In this document: positions 41,705 through 55,275 of the stretch, in pieces
How positions within the stretch are numbered: position 1 is the first letter of the stretch
How the letters are laid out: each line of letters begins with the position of its first letter
NCBI GenBank assembly: GCA_013239625.1
Contig: MU053629.1
Location: 3,065,567-3,129,566 of the forward strand
Source of the DNA: Lama guanicoe
Taxonomy: Eukaryota
Length of the DNA stretch: 64,000 nucleotides
Direction: 5' to 3'
Translations under genes and position numbers: made by a program
Notes under the pieces: generated by a model
Told to the model about the DNA's origin: nothing
What the model saw: the letters and a program-made list of their open reading frames with translations, nothing else
Databases searched by the model: none

Positions 41705-43696
41705 AAACTACGAGATTTACGATTCCTATGGAGAAATAAGATTCCCTATAAACTAACAATAATAAAATCAACTACCAGTCTAGTACTGAAAATCTGTTCA
41801 TATTCAACACTGTACGTGAAATGCAAATATATGGTGCTTACCAGTCTAGAGTGAGAGGGAAGTCTGGTTTTAAACTGTCTCTTGCACTACCTTTTTTTTT
41901 AACTTAATTTTTACTCTTTTACTTAATTTCCCATATGAATAACACTCCCATATCACGAAGTTCCTTTCTAAATTATCACAAACATTCGTTAGGCTAGGTA
42001 TCTAAAATGAATTGTTGCCATCAATGGAATCTTCCCAAAGTTTCTCTCAAACACACGATATCTGATTTTTCTTCTCTATTTCACAGCTACTCGAAATAGT
42101 ACTCATTGGGGTAATTAAAAATACATTTACAGAAGACAAGCAATCTAAAATTCACCTCTATTAACATATAGTAATAATGAGAACCATTGATTAAAAATAT
42201 CACCCTTCCTGAAAAGTATTTATAGTCTGTCACTTGACTCATGTTGAACATTTCAATTCCTCAATGATTTCATTTCACCACCTATTCAAATATACTACTT
42301 TAAGCCTTTTAAAAAATCTCTTTCTACTTTTTCCCACAAACTGTAACAAGTAACATCTTTATTTGTTAATAAGCACCTGAAATTACACTTATTCATTTTA
42401 TTTATTATCTGTCTCTCTTTCCACAATATGTTAATTTCAACAGGAATTATTGGAATTAGGAATTATTATTGGAAGTAGGAATTATTCTGTTTTGGTCACT
42501 GCTATACAATCAGCACCAGTACCTGGGATAGTATGTGGTCAATTTGTTGAATGAATAAAGAAAGAAACTGAGGTGTCCATAAGCAAAGGAATCTTCTTAA
42601 AATGTGGTGGATACTACGATCTGAATACCACACAGCAGTCAGAAGCAATAATAGATGTAAACATAAGAACATGGATAATTTTTTTTAAATGTAGTGTTGA
42701 TTTAAAATAGTAGAAAACTAAAAGGAATCTACAGCAAAATATCATTTGTATAAATTAAAAATACATATCCAAAACTGCACTATAGTTTTGAAAAATATAC
42801 TCAGCATATGCTAAGTAAACATATTAAAGTAGATACCTAAGAGGAAAAGGGAATGGGAGTGAAGATGGAGGATAAAGGAAGATAAAATAATATTAAAGCA
42901 GGGTGCACACAGATCAATGATGAAAGTGTACCATGAAATAATAAATATGACTAAATCATTGATTAAATCAATTTTCTACGCTGGAGGTGCTCTCACCCCA
43001 CTTCCACCAAAGGCAGATACTTAACCACTGATTTCAGCAAAACTCAAATCACTGTGACCTTGAGAAGACCCATTTCAGTAAAGTGTAAGTGAGAAGGAAA
43101 GCCCAACAGGAATGAGCTGAAGACAGAATGGAGGTGAAGAAGTATACACATCCCTTTGTAGGAGTTTCGATGTGGAGAGGAGGAAGGAATGGAGTGGTAA
43201 TTTGTAGATGACATAGAAGACATAGACTCAAATGAATGAAATTAAGGGGAGTATGCCAAGGGCAATCATCCAGCAGAGACAGAAATGAGGATGAAGGAGA
43301 AAAAGATAACTGTAAAAGCCTTGAGAAAGGATGAGGGGATGGGATCTAAAACACAGAGAATCTGATCATAGAAACAAAGACGTATTATCACTACAAAACA
43401 AGCTTTCCATAGTATGTTGAACAATGATTTTTCTGAATATGCAGGCTTTGGAGATGTGGGTTCTTAACTTTTTCGGGGTCATGAAGCTCTCTGAGAATCT
43501 GATTAGTGATATGGATCTTCTCTACCTTAAAATACCCGGATATTCAGCTGGGTCTTTACATACAACTTCGGAGGAAGGGGTTCAATGAGTCACGCTCCTC
43601 AAGTGCATCCTCATACAAGTCTGTTTTGAGGCGGGAGGGGTTTGGTTTGTTTTTGCTTTTTACCTTTCCCTGCCACAAAGGAATTATTTTTGGCTC

Positions 43697-43784
43697 TTTT
43701 TTTTTTTTTCCCTAATGGAGGAACTGGGGATTCAACCCAGGACCTTGTGGATGCTAAGCATGCACTCTTCCACTAAACTATACC
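43697..43784 (-). mobile_element. tRNA-derived SINE (Vic-1-like)
   Basis: Reverse complement of the same SINE head, preceded by polyT. Confidence 0.75.
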
Positions 43785-44097
43785 TATCTCTCAGTTAAAC
43801 TTTTTAATTAAAGCATAACATACATATATAGAGAAAAGTACAACTCCAGGAAAGTGAACACAATACCACCATTATAAATACCCCCCAGATCAAGAAATAG
43901 AACAGAACCAGTAACAGGAAGCCCCCAATCCCCCTTCAATCTTTCCAAAAAGAACCACTATTTTGACTTCTAACACTGAATTAGTTTTGTTTCCTTCTTA
44001 ACTTTATATAAATGGAACGTGGAAGGATTCATACAGTCTGTAATCTTTTGGTCCAAGTGTTTTCACTCTACAATATGTTTTTGAGATTCAGTCATTC

Positions 44098-44871
44098 TAT
44101 AACCGAGCAGGACCCTACTGTCATCATTGGCGACCAACTGATATCTGTAATGGTGTTTGTAACTGTTTATCTGGATAATGGTTTAAAGGGTTTTTTCTCA
44201 TGCTCTTGCTAATCAGGGTCAGGATGGAGAGGAGGGAGGCTTGGGTGGTCCGCCCAACCCCGTGCTGCACGTAGGGATCATGCTCAATGTCCTGCTCTTG
44301 CCCCTAGTGTCCTACTCTTGACCTCAACACCTCAGAAACAGCAGTTGGGTGTTTTGTGCATCTTGTTGTTCATAACTCATCCCAACTGCACATGTCTGCA
44401 ATATTTTTAGCCCCTTATGGTTTCCTTGTACCCTGTTGTTCAAGGTGCAGGCCTCAGCCTGCCTAAAAATGCTAGAAGCATTTATCAACCCGATTTTAAA
44501 CTGTGCAAGTTTTTCTCTAGATTTTGCCACAGACCCCCTCCCTAAGCATCCTTTGTTCTAGGCACCAGAATATTAGAAAAGTTCCAAAGTCGGAGGTGAA
44601 CTTCATACCCAGCAGAGGGTAGGGGACCTCTGCATCTGCAAAAACAAGAACAACTTTGCAACAACTTGTTACCCTGTATGCGATCTCTATGGAAACTAGC
44701 TCCACATCCTGAACTTTGACTGTAAAACCCCCTGCCTTCTCCCCTCAGCTGGCTCACAGTCTTAGAGGTGTTAGCTCACTATGATCTCCTCTGCCTTTTC
44801 TACTTCATCCAAAACTCTGTCCTCAAGTCTCAATTCAGTAAGTGGGGTACAGAGACTGTGTTTTGGCAACA
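44098..44871 (+). mobile_element. LTR-like element (ERV solo LTR) interrupting a minus-strand old L1 (~43800-45130)
   Basis: Begins TATAACC (TGTAAC-like), ends ...TTTTGGCAACA; higher GC than flanks; flanks read as one L1 fragment; no clear TSD. Confidence 0.55.
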
Positions 44872-45699
44872 GTGCTCATTGTGTAGCAATAGTTTTTCAT
44901 TTTGAGAATATCAGAGTATTATTTATTCATCCTATTGTTAAGATATTTGGCTTCCTATGTTAGTTATTATAAGTAAATATAAAATCAAGTATCAATTATT
45001 GTACATGTTTTTTGATGCACAAATGTCTGCATTTTAAAAAATACCTATGAATAAAAATGCTAGGATATAGGGAATATGTATGTTCAACTTTGGAAATGAT
45101 GCCAAATAGTGTTCCAGAGTGGTTGTAACAAGACCTTATGTTTAATGGGGAAAATGGCTTAGAAATAAAAACTTCATTTCACAAGCAAAAACATTCCTCT
45201 GACTAAGCTCTTAAAAGTATTAGTTGTTGTTTTTGTTTCAATTAATTGCTGAATACAACTATACAAAGACTACAAAAAGAGCAGTAAAGTGACCTGGAAT
45301 TAGTTTGGCTAAGTTCAAATCCTGGCTCCATTCAGCATTAGATTATCATATAAGCCAATATCCATGTGCTTGGAATATTACAAGAAGGGCACCAAAAAAA
45401 ATTATTTGAATTAAATTCAAACTTCACTAATTCAAAAATGAGGTATCACCATTTTAAGAAATAAGTTTACTGATTTTGCTTTTCTTTATTTTATGGTTTA
45501 GAATGGATTTTGTTCTGAATTACAGAAGTAGCACCATAATCATTTCATGTCTTGTTGATGTAAAGGTTTAGAAACAGGAAATTATGACTGATTGTCTCAT
45601 TCATCTAATAAACACTTACCAATGTTTATCTAAAAGAACATGTGTCAGTTTTATTTTTGACTGTCCAGCATCTGAACTCCTTTCTTATGTTCAGAAAAT

Positions 45700-46160
45700 C
45701 TGCCACTTTGTGTGTCTTGGAAGGAAGCTGAGCCAGAGAGTCAACCATATGGAAACCAAAAAGACCAGATACCTGCTTCCCTATGTAGGGACCAGGAACT
45801 ACTGGTCGATTAGATGCATTCATGCAGAATTTGAATCTAGAGCTAAAGTTGCAAAGACAGTTTAAAATGCATCCTTAGGGCAGTGACACACGGTTCCCAG
45901 TGGCAGTGTTCCAGCAACGGCATCCAGTGCACCGTGGAGGAGTCAATGGTGTCTTAAACAGAAAAAGGACATTTCTGCGGCACAACTTTGGCTATGGTCT
46001 ACCTGTGAGGTTGGCTGGTTTCCTGTTTGTTATCAGAGTCTGGTTCTCCAGTCTTCCAATCTTTTCTGTAAGCTAACTAATATTCTTCCAGTAAATTTCT
46101 TTCCTTTTGCTTCAGCTAACCGAAGTTGATTTATGCAGTTTGCAACCAAGAATCCTGAAA
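45700..46160 (+). mobile_element. MaLR (MLT1-like) LTR fragment
   Basis: Ends with MLT1-like TTGCAACCAAGAATCCTGA after AGTAAATTTCTTTCC. Confidence 0.5.
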
Positions 46161-49100
46161 TGGTAACCTTGCCATGTGCCAGGCTCTGTACCGGGCACTG
46201 GGGACACAAAGACAAGCAGACCACGGCCCTGTCTTACAGGAGTTTAACGGAGAAGACAGAGAAGTAAACAAGCAATTACTATCAATGACATGTCTATAAT
46301 AGGAGTAATCACAGAAAGCAGGTTAGGCTTGAGGAGTCAGGGAAAAGAGAGAGATCATCTAAGTCCTGAAATATGAGTAGGATAACAGAAGAGAGATGGA
46401 AAGGCATCCCAAAAAAAGGAGTGACAAGTAGAAGGTGTAAGACCTTTTCTCTGCTCAACACCTCTTTCCTACACGTATCAAAAGTGTGTTTGAAGGACAA
46501 AAGTGACAAAAGGCAGATTGACAGATCTGTGAAAGGGGATGAGAAACAGTTACCATTTACGACCTGGGTGAAAACGCTGGTATTTTCGAGCATGCTATAG
46601 GAAAACCCCATGGTTGAAACACACCCCTCTCCCCACCATCGCTACTGCCACCACCACAAAGCTGGCCACAACTGTCTTCCTTTTCTCTCCTCCTCACCTA
46701 TCTCAGTCACTTCTCAGAACAGTCAACTCTGAATTTGTTTTTTCTTTAATTTTTTTTAATTTCGTTTGGTTGGTTGGTTATTTGTGATGAGGGTGGTACA
46801 GGAATTATGAATGAGTGGACACAGGAACTGAAAAGAGAAGTAAAGGTGTAAAATCAACTGATCAGAGTAGTGAGGCACAAGGCATTCTGCCAACTTCTCA
46901 CACTACTTTTGCTTGAAGGTGGATACAATTCTACAGAAGTAAGAATAAAATAATGTAAAATATTTTACAAAATAATGGTGTATGTGTATACTCCTTCCTC
47001 TAAAATAAAATTTCAGTACTGACACAGATTATTTTTAGAGATTTATCTTTTACAATTACATTAGGCTTGTACTATAAATTGTTTCCACTACTTACTTTTA
47101 TGAAAACCATAATCTTTATAAGTTATATAAGCTCTAGCATTTTCAGTCACACATGGTATGGAGTTCTGTACTTGAATAGGAGAAAAATCACCATAAAATA
47201 AACTAACCAACCAACTAGTGTTAGAAAAATTTGATAAAAGAGGCTAAAAGCAAACGATAAGTGAAATCTCACTGTCAAAGTTATAAACAAAATGACTTGA
47301 GCACTCTAAAATCTATAATTTTCCTTTGAAAAAAGAAGTATCCACTATCATGTAAAGGACATATATGCAAAAATAAGTTTTCATTGTAGTTTCGTTAAAT
47401 TGAACAGTGTAAAAATTCACTTTGGTCATATCAAACTCCACAGTACCTTTGTGAATTCAGTTCTTTCTGCCAGAATGCCCCTGTTCAAAGGGCCAGCTCC
47501 TATGTCATATCTGAGACCTGCTCTTCCAAGCCTTTCCTAATCCCTTCCCTAGGAACTGTCATCCTCTTCTCATGCTTCAAGACCACCCTGTGCACATCTC
47601 TTTTATGATTATCACATTAACACTGTAATCATTTCTTTGAACATCTATGCTTCTCAACTAGATTAGAATTCTTTGAGAATAGGCAATGTTACATCTCTGT
47701 CTCTGTAAATATCTGTTTTAGCACAATCCTTAGCAGAGGATGGGCAGTCAGCAAATGCTTGTTGAATAGAAAATGACACAATGTATTAATAATAATATTA
47801 ATATAAGGTCACTTGTGTTCATGAAATAGCATGACTCAAACTTGAAATTCTGTATGCAGAAGCTAAAAAAATCAGCTCCGCTAGCTTTTTTTCTTTTTTT
47901 GAAAAAGGGAGCTATTTCTATAGTTTTTACAATAATCATCTATGGATTGGGGATGATATAATTTAAATTTTTACTACTACATAAAGATAATTCTCTTTTT
48001 TACTTCAAAAATATCTTACTTTTATTTCACATTATTTAGCAATCACTTTTGTAATCACTACCTTTTAGGATATCTATGTAGCCCTCATACCTCTCCTCTG
48101 AGAGTTGTTAAGCCTTGCATCCACTCCCCTACCGTAAAAATGGGGCCTGAAATGTTCTCTGAAATCTTGGTTTCATCCATCATAGCTGATTGGACCAGAA
48201 TGGACGTTTGTCTCAAACTGCACTTTTTTCCCAGTGTTTAGAATGGGATCACAGAGCCACGAGTGAATATTAGAATTTAAGAGTTAGAGTACTTGTTCAG
48301 TCATGTGCAGTCTTAAAAGACAACATGCAAAAAGAGAAAAATGAAGTGGACAAGTAGGGAGAAGGAGAAGAGGTCATGCTGCCCCAGAGCAGGGAGAATA
48401 CAGCTGCTTGAGTTACTGCTGGGTTTCTGGTTCCGGTTTCCCCATGACCCCCACTGTCTCCATGAAGCCTGGCTGTACTTTTATTTTCAAAATACTGTGA
48501 AATCCCCAGTATTCTTGCCATTAACTTTAATCCCCATCCCCTTTTTTTTTTGAGTAAGTTAGTTTCAATTTGGTTTCTAATACTTACAAAGAAAGAATAT
48601 TTGATTTTAGAAACCTCAGAAAAGAAAAGGTCAAGTAAGAATATCAAAATGTCAGTTAACCACTGGAGGAAAACACCCTTTGTTAAAAAAAAAATGGCTG
48701 TTACATTGGTATCTTTGGCCATTTCTCTGCATAAGAAAATGAGAAATATTCACCAACCATAACAGGTTCAAACAACATCCTATAAATCCAACTTTAGCAT
48801 AGTTGTGACTCAGTAGGAATAAAATTCTGTTTCAAAGTACAGAAAAAAATGAGAGATTAAAGAATAGGAAGTATCTTAGAGCTTATGAGAACAAATTATT
48901 TTTTGAAGAGAAATAATACCACTTATTAGAATTCTGACCAAAAACAGGATGGGAGTATGTTTTTTCGGTGATAACACCTAGTCCTATCTAAGAAAACTGA
49001 GTGTTACTATACTGTTTTCCCCATCCATCTAAGGCTGTTTTCCCCATCCATCTACACTCATTCTTCTTAAAAACATGCCACTTCAGAGTCCTCAACTAGA

Positions 49101-50469
49101 AGTCACAGTGGTAGATGACAGTAACCTTTAAAAAAAGGAAGCATCCCCAATAGCACAGTCATTATGTAGCATTAGCTTCTAAAACAGGACGGATATATTA
49201 GATTTTCTATTTTTCTTTGCTATTTATTAATAAGAAGTTTCTTTTGGCAACACAGACTTTAAAAAACAACAACAAATTTGTTTCTTTAGTATCAATTTTC
49301 AAAGGGATAGTGAAGACAGAATACCGGTAACACACTGTTCTTAGGTTCAAAACAAGACAAACTCACATTTATAAGAAAAACTACTGAGATTTTATATTAT
49401 TTTGCTTATTAGGGGGTAGGCATTCATATTTATGGACCCTTTGTGGCCTTGATATATGTGCTAACATGAAAATAAATTTAAAATAACTAAATAACTTATG
49501 CTATTAGATTTGGATAGAAGTATGGTTGAATTTTTATGGAATAACAGCCTTTTACAGATATTCTTAATTTGTTTTGACAAAAGCAAATCCAAAATTTCAA
49601 TTCTATTTAGGATTAGAGCTAGTAATGATGTTAAAATATAACAATTATGAGTGATAGAGCATAATATTATAAAGTTAGGTTTAAATAATGCTAATAAAAT
49701 ATGATTTGGGGAATGAGATCAGCTGAAGTGAAACTTGGGAAACATTGACTCTTTTTCTAATTTCTTTCCGATTATATTTCACATAATCAAAATTTAGCAA
49801 GACTGGGAAAATCTACAAATATAACAGCAAGTTCAGAGGTAAAAACAAACAAAACAAAACAAAACAGTATTTCTATCAAGTTTTCCAAGATTATATAGAC
49901 AGTTCTGGTATTCAGAAAAAAATGAGACATTACATTTAAAGTGAAAGGCAAGGTTTATGAAAATTAAACAATGATTGTCATAAAAAAGATTTTAAGTAAA
50001 CAAGTCTTAATTGTTCACAATAATGAAAGAAGGTAGAGGCACTGATCATTTTTAATGACTTATATTGCCTCTGGACTGCATTTACTGAAATTACATTTGA
50101 CTATGAGTGTCCAATATTTTGAGAATTTATTTTAAACCAAATAGTGAAGAGACACTGTGCAGGTTTGACTCTGAAGTAGTTGGGAATTTTCCCAATTTCC
50201 CCATTCAGCTCCCTTGTTCAATCTTTCTCTACTACATACTTCAGTTTATCTCCCAAATTAATAAAAGCACAATATTAGCAGAGCTACCACCCTCACACCT
50301 TAATCGATAATAGGAAAGGCCAGTTAAATGCTACAGACACACTATATGAAGATTAAGAGTAAATAAAGGGCACTCCTAGAGACAGAGTTAATAAACAGAG
50401 TTATTAATAAGAAAAGTGTGTGGAAATTTAAATAACTAATTAAGTAGAACAATTAAGAAATGCTAGTCA

Positions 50470-51162
50470 ACAACCCAATCCAAAAATGGGCAGAAGACCT
50501 AAACAAGCAATTCTCCAAAGAAGACATACAAATGATCAAAAAGCACATGAAAAAATGCTCAATATCACTAATTACCAGAGAAATGCAAATCAAAACAAAA
50601 ATGAGGTATCACNNNNNNNNNNNNNNNNNNNNNNNNNNNNNNNNNNNNNNNNNNNNNNNNNNNNNNNNNNNNNNNNNNNNNNNNNNNNNNNNNNNNNNNN
50701 NNNNNNNNNNNNNNNNNNNNNNNNNNNNNNNNNNNNNNNNNNNNNNNNNNNNNNNNNNNNNNNNNNNNNNNNNNNNNNNNNNNNNNNNNNNNNNNNNNNN
50801 NNNNNNNNNNNNNNNNNNNNNNNNNNNNNNNNNNNNNNNNNNNNNNNNNNNNNNNNNNNNNNNNNNNNNNNNNNNNNNNNNNNNNNNNNNNNNNNNNNNN
50901 NNNNNNNNNNNNNNNNNNNNNNNNNNNNNNNNNNNNNNNNNNNNNNNNNNNNNNNNNNNNNNNNNNNNNNNNNNNNNNNNNNNNNNNNNNNNNNNNNNNN
51001 NNNNNNNNNNNNNNNNNNNNNNNNNNNNNNNNNNNNNNNNNNNNNNNNNNNNNNNNNNNNNNNNNNNNNNNNNNNNNNNNNNNNNNNNNNNNNNNNNNNN
51101 NNNNNNNNNNNNNNNNNNNNNNNNNNNNNNNNNNNNNNNNNNNNNNNNNNNNNNAAAAAAAA
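50470..51162 (+). mobile_element. Young 5'-truncated LINE-1 spanning an assembly gap
   Basis: [21 protein letters not shown]...; polyA after gap; TSD AAGAAATGCTA(G/A)TCA at 50455-50469 and 51163-51177. Confidence 0.9.
50613..51154. other. Assembly gap (542 N)
   Basis: Run of N. Confidence 1.
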
Positions 51163-51609
51163 AAGAAATGCTAATCATCGTTAATGCCGGTTTCAAATCT
51201 GTGACAGAACACCAAACGTTGGAGCTACTAGAAAGACTAGCAGCTCGCCAAGACGTTCTCAAAAGCCAGGAATTTATCTTTAGTTTTAAAACCCAGGATT
51301 AGTTGGTTTGTTCATTGATTTGCTGATTCTAAGATAGTGTGGGGACACAAATACATAAATTAAAACATTCAAAAGGCAACAACAGCTATAATAGGTTATT
51401 TACTGAACACTTACACTAAATAGGAGTCTCTGGTCTACATGCTTTAACTGCATGAATAAACTTAAGCTTCACAAAACTATTTTAAAGACATCATTGTCTC
51501 CATTTCACAAGGGAAGAAACTGAGGTACAGTCAAATAGCAAAACCAGGTTTCAATCCCAAACAGTCTGGGTCCAGAGCCAACTACTTTATACTGCCTCAG
51601 TGATACTAC

Positions 51610-52830
51610 AATCATTCATTCAGCACATTCTTACTGAGTGTCTTCACTGTGCCAGACATTGTTCTAGGTGCTTGAGAGTTGCTAGCACATTATTTCAGAA
51701 GCGATTTGATAATCCAAACAATAGTATGGGCCTGAGAGGCTTTCTGGAGGAGATAATGGCCTAAGCTAAGTCTTAAAAGGAGTCAGAGTGGCAAAAAGAC
51801 AAGGGAAAAAGAAAATGAAGCCATTCCAAGCAGAAAGACTACATGAGCAGTGGTCAATAATTCAGAAATAGCATGTACATTCAAGGAGCCTTCAAAAAAG
51901 TAGTTCTATGTGGCTACAGTAAAAAATGGAAAGCAGAAATGATAAGAGTTAAGATTAGAGAACCAGTCAGAGGTCAAATCATGGTAATGATTTGGTAAAG
52001 AGTTTAATGACCTGGGAAAAGAGTTCAGGCTTTATTCCGTTGACAATGAGGAGTCGATAAAGAATTTTCTAACTGTGTTTTTGACATACCAGTCTGGCAA
52101 TACTGAAGTGAATTTCAGGGAGATAAAAATGAAGACAGTGAGAAGGTACGGAGGTAGTTCCTAATAAGGCAGTGATTGGAACAGGGATGCTAGGGTAGTG
52201 ACCAATTCAAAAAATATTTAGGAGGTAAAATCAGTAGAATGCATAGTAAAAGAATGGATGTGAGGAGAGAGAAAGCAAAGGAGGGATCATAAGACTCCTA
52301 AGTTCCTTGGATGATGAAGTCAATAGTCCAAGATGTCTGTGAAAGACAAAAGATCAAAGAAAAACTTCAAGTAAATAAGTTCAGTTTGGACAATAGAGTT
52401 TGAAGTGAAGACAGGTAAACAGATAATACAATCTGATGTTCTGGAAAGATACTAATGACGGACAAACAGCTTGGGGGGTGATTGGTAGATCCGTGGTAAC
52501 TGAAACCACAGGGGTAACTGCGACTTGAGTACTGTAAAGGCTGAGAAGAGCAACTGGCTAACCCTAAGACCCTTACTTGTTTTGGAACAGGCAGAGGAAG
52601 GCAAGCTCTCAAAGGAAATGATCAACATACTGAGAGGTTCCAGGATAAACAGAAGAGGGCGGCATGGTGGAAGTCAAGGTGTAGAGTTTCTTGAGAAAGT
52701 GGTCAACAGTATTACAGTCGTTGGCTACTTTAGTAAGAGCAAGTTTAATTACATAAGTAGAAATTAGACTGCAGTGGGACAAAGAATAAATGGGAGAGAA
52801 AAGAGGTAATTTCAACCAGTGCAGATTACC
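51610..52830. mobile_element. L2 fragment
   Basis: CATTCATTCAGCACATT...TGTGCCAGACATTGTTCTAGG end followed by purine-rich L2 body. Confidence 0.65.
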
Positions 52831-53209
52831 CAGTCGATTTCCTCATCTATAAAATTGAGATAAGGGGTTATTCTGAGCACTAAATGACTCAGTGGAGACT
52901 CACCTACAGTAAGTGCGACAGGCCTTCATGCTCACTACACATAGCCACGCTGGGTGCCTGTCTGTTCTAACCTCCAACACCTTTACGTTGTAAGGCTTTG
53001 CATCTGATGTTCTCCCATAAGGATCCCTCTTTCCTCAGCTCTTCACATAACTGGTCCTTCTCATCTGTGAAATATCATCTCCTAAGATATAAGATCTCCT
53101 AAGAGAGGACTTTCCTAAGAAGTTCCCTGAGGACAGTCATTCTGTCACGTCATCCTGTTTTATTTCCTTTTTAACTCTTACCACACTTGGAACTTTTCTT
53201 GTTTATTTA

Positions 53210-53470
53210 GAGGTAATACAGCAGAGTGATTGAGAGGCAGGCTCCACAGTCAGACTGGCTGTATTCAAATCCCAGCTCTGCCAATTTACTAGTTATGTGA
53301 CTGTGAACAAGTCGCTTAATCTCTCAAGAGTCTTAATTTCCTCACCTTTAAAAAGAGCAAAATAACAAAGTACTTACCTCACAGACTTCTTGAGGGAATT
53401 AAAGAGGCTAATCCATATAAAGTTATGATAAGAATACAGGTACATTCTGAACACTCAAATATTACGTATT
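53210..53470. mobile_element. MIR SINE
   Basis: TTCAAATCCCAGCTCTGCCA...TGTGACTGTGAACAAGTCGCTTAATCTCTC core. Confidence 0.8.
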
Positions 53471-53869
53471 TGTTTACTTACAAGGATTTTAATGCTCCAC
53501 TGAACTGCATTTCTGAATATGTACTACTAAAAAATATTTGAAGCTGTAATAACTCTTAGTCCAAATCATAAAAATACCAACCAATAACCAAATGAAGAAG
53601 TACTATTCTGACTAAACCTCAGGAAGTATTACTTTCAGAAAGGGTTTTTTGGGTTTTTTTTTTTTTGGCCACAAAAGTCAGAGAGGGGGAAAAAAACCAT
53701 GCAGAGCTAAGGCTTTGTAATTAAGCCAGTGAAAGTTTTGTTAAGTCTTATATATATAAGTATTACTATGTAATTTTGACTAGCCCTTAAAAGGTAAAAT
53801 TAAAATATGGAGAATAGGGAAAAAACGGTCCTGAAAGGTTCTGACCTAAGTAACTTGAGAAAACAGTCT

Positions 53870-55275
53870 TCTGCCTGAAAGACTAAAGACAAGAGGAACT
53901 GTACACAGAACTTCTCTAGGCGGTAAAGTCGTTTCTCATTTGGATATGGGTTAACAATTATGAAACTGTACACGTATAATGAAACTGAACAAGTAAATGG
54001 ATGGTGAGAATAAGGTTTCTCAGTTCTAGAGAGTGAGGTTACAGATAAGCAAGGAGGTAAAGCCAGAATGAACCACGTGGTACTGAAGTAGAGTCAAAGA
54101 TATCAGTACGAACTCATGTTTAACTTCATATAAATACAGAGGGATGGGTTCAAAAAAAAGTTATATGTTTGTATGTGGGTTAGTACGCATGTATGTATTG
54201 CCTATGTCTGTACACTGAGAGGACCTAAAAGCAATCATATCCTAATAGCAGTGAGCACATCCAGTGTCCATATATTTCTAATATTTAGTTTCTAATATTC
54301 TCTAATAAAAGTAACCAGGGATCCTTGAAGAAATGGTTTACCATAGGGCTGGGGCAGGGAATATAAAAGATGAGCCTGGAGCATCCTGTAGTGCCAAAAA
54401 GTACGAATGTGCTTAAAAAACAAAACAATGGTTTATGTCCTGTTGGTCACAGGAGCCAACCTGAAAGAGGCGAAACAATCTGAGCAACAAATGAATGTAG
54501 TATAGGAGTGTAACCCACGTTTATAAAATGAATATCCATGAATCCATACTGATACAAATAAATGACTGAATAGACGATTAAATGGAGGAGAAAAGAAAAC
54601 TCCTCCTTAAAGAATTCCAAAATAATTTGGTAGATATTCACCCCTCAAGGTGTTGGAGCTTAACTTCCTACCCATTGAGTATGGTCTTCACTGTGTGACT
54701 TGTTTCCAAAAAGGAGAGTATGGGAAAACGTTACAGTAGAGAAACCTGGCAAACACTACCTCAGCCAGATGATCAAAGTTCACAGTATCAGTGGTATAGA
54801 TGGTCTGTACCTTTGATAGAATGAAAACGGCATTTTACCTATGTGGTCGTCCCCCGTCCCCCAAACCTATAACCTCAGTCTACGAGAAGAACGTCAGACA
54901 AACCCAAATTCAGGGAGCTTCTACAAAATATCTGACTCATACTCCTCAAAACTGTCAAGGTCATCAAAAACAAGGAAAGTCTGAGAAGCTGTCACAGCCC
55001 AGATGCGTCAAAGGGAACATAACCACTAAATGTAGTGTGATATTCTGAATGGGATCCTGGAACTGAAAAGGACATTAGGGAAAAAACTAACGAAATCCGG
55101 ATAAAGTATGGACTATAGTTAATAGCAATGTTCCAATTTTGGTTCCTGAATTGTGACAAATGTAACAGGAAAGTCGGATATTAGCAATAGCTGAAACAGG
55201 GTGCACAGTATGTGGTAACTCCCTGAAACTTTTCTGTAAATGCAGAACTATTCTAATATTAAAAGTTTAATTAAA
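53870..55275 (+). mobile_element. Old L1MC/L1MD-like 3'-UTR
   Basis: Motifs such as CTCCTCAAAACTGTCAAGGTCATCAAAAACAAGGAAAGTCTGAGA recognised from L1MC-type 3' UTRs. Confidence 0.7.

Noticed and set aside
50460..51302. Long ORFs of 217-280 aa
   Set aside because: Artefacts of translating through the N gap
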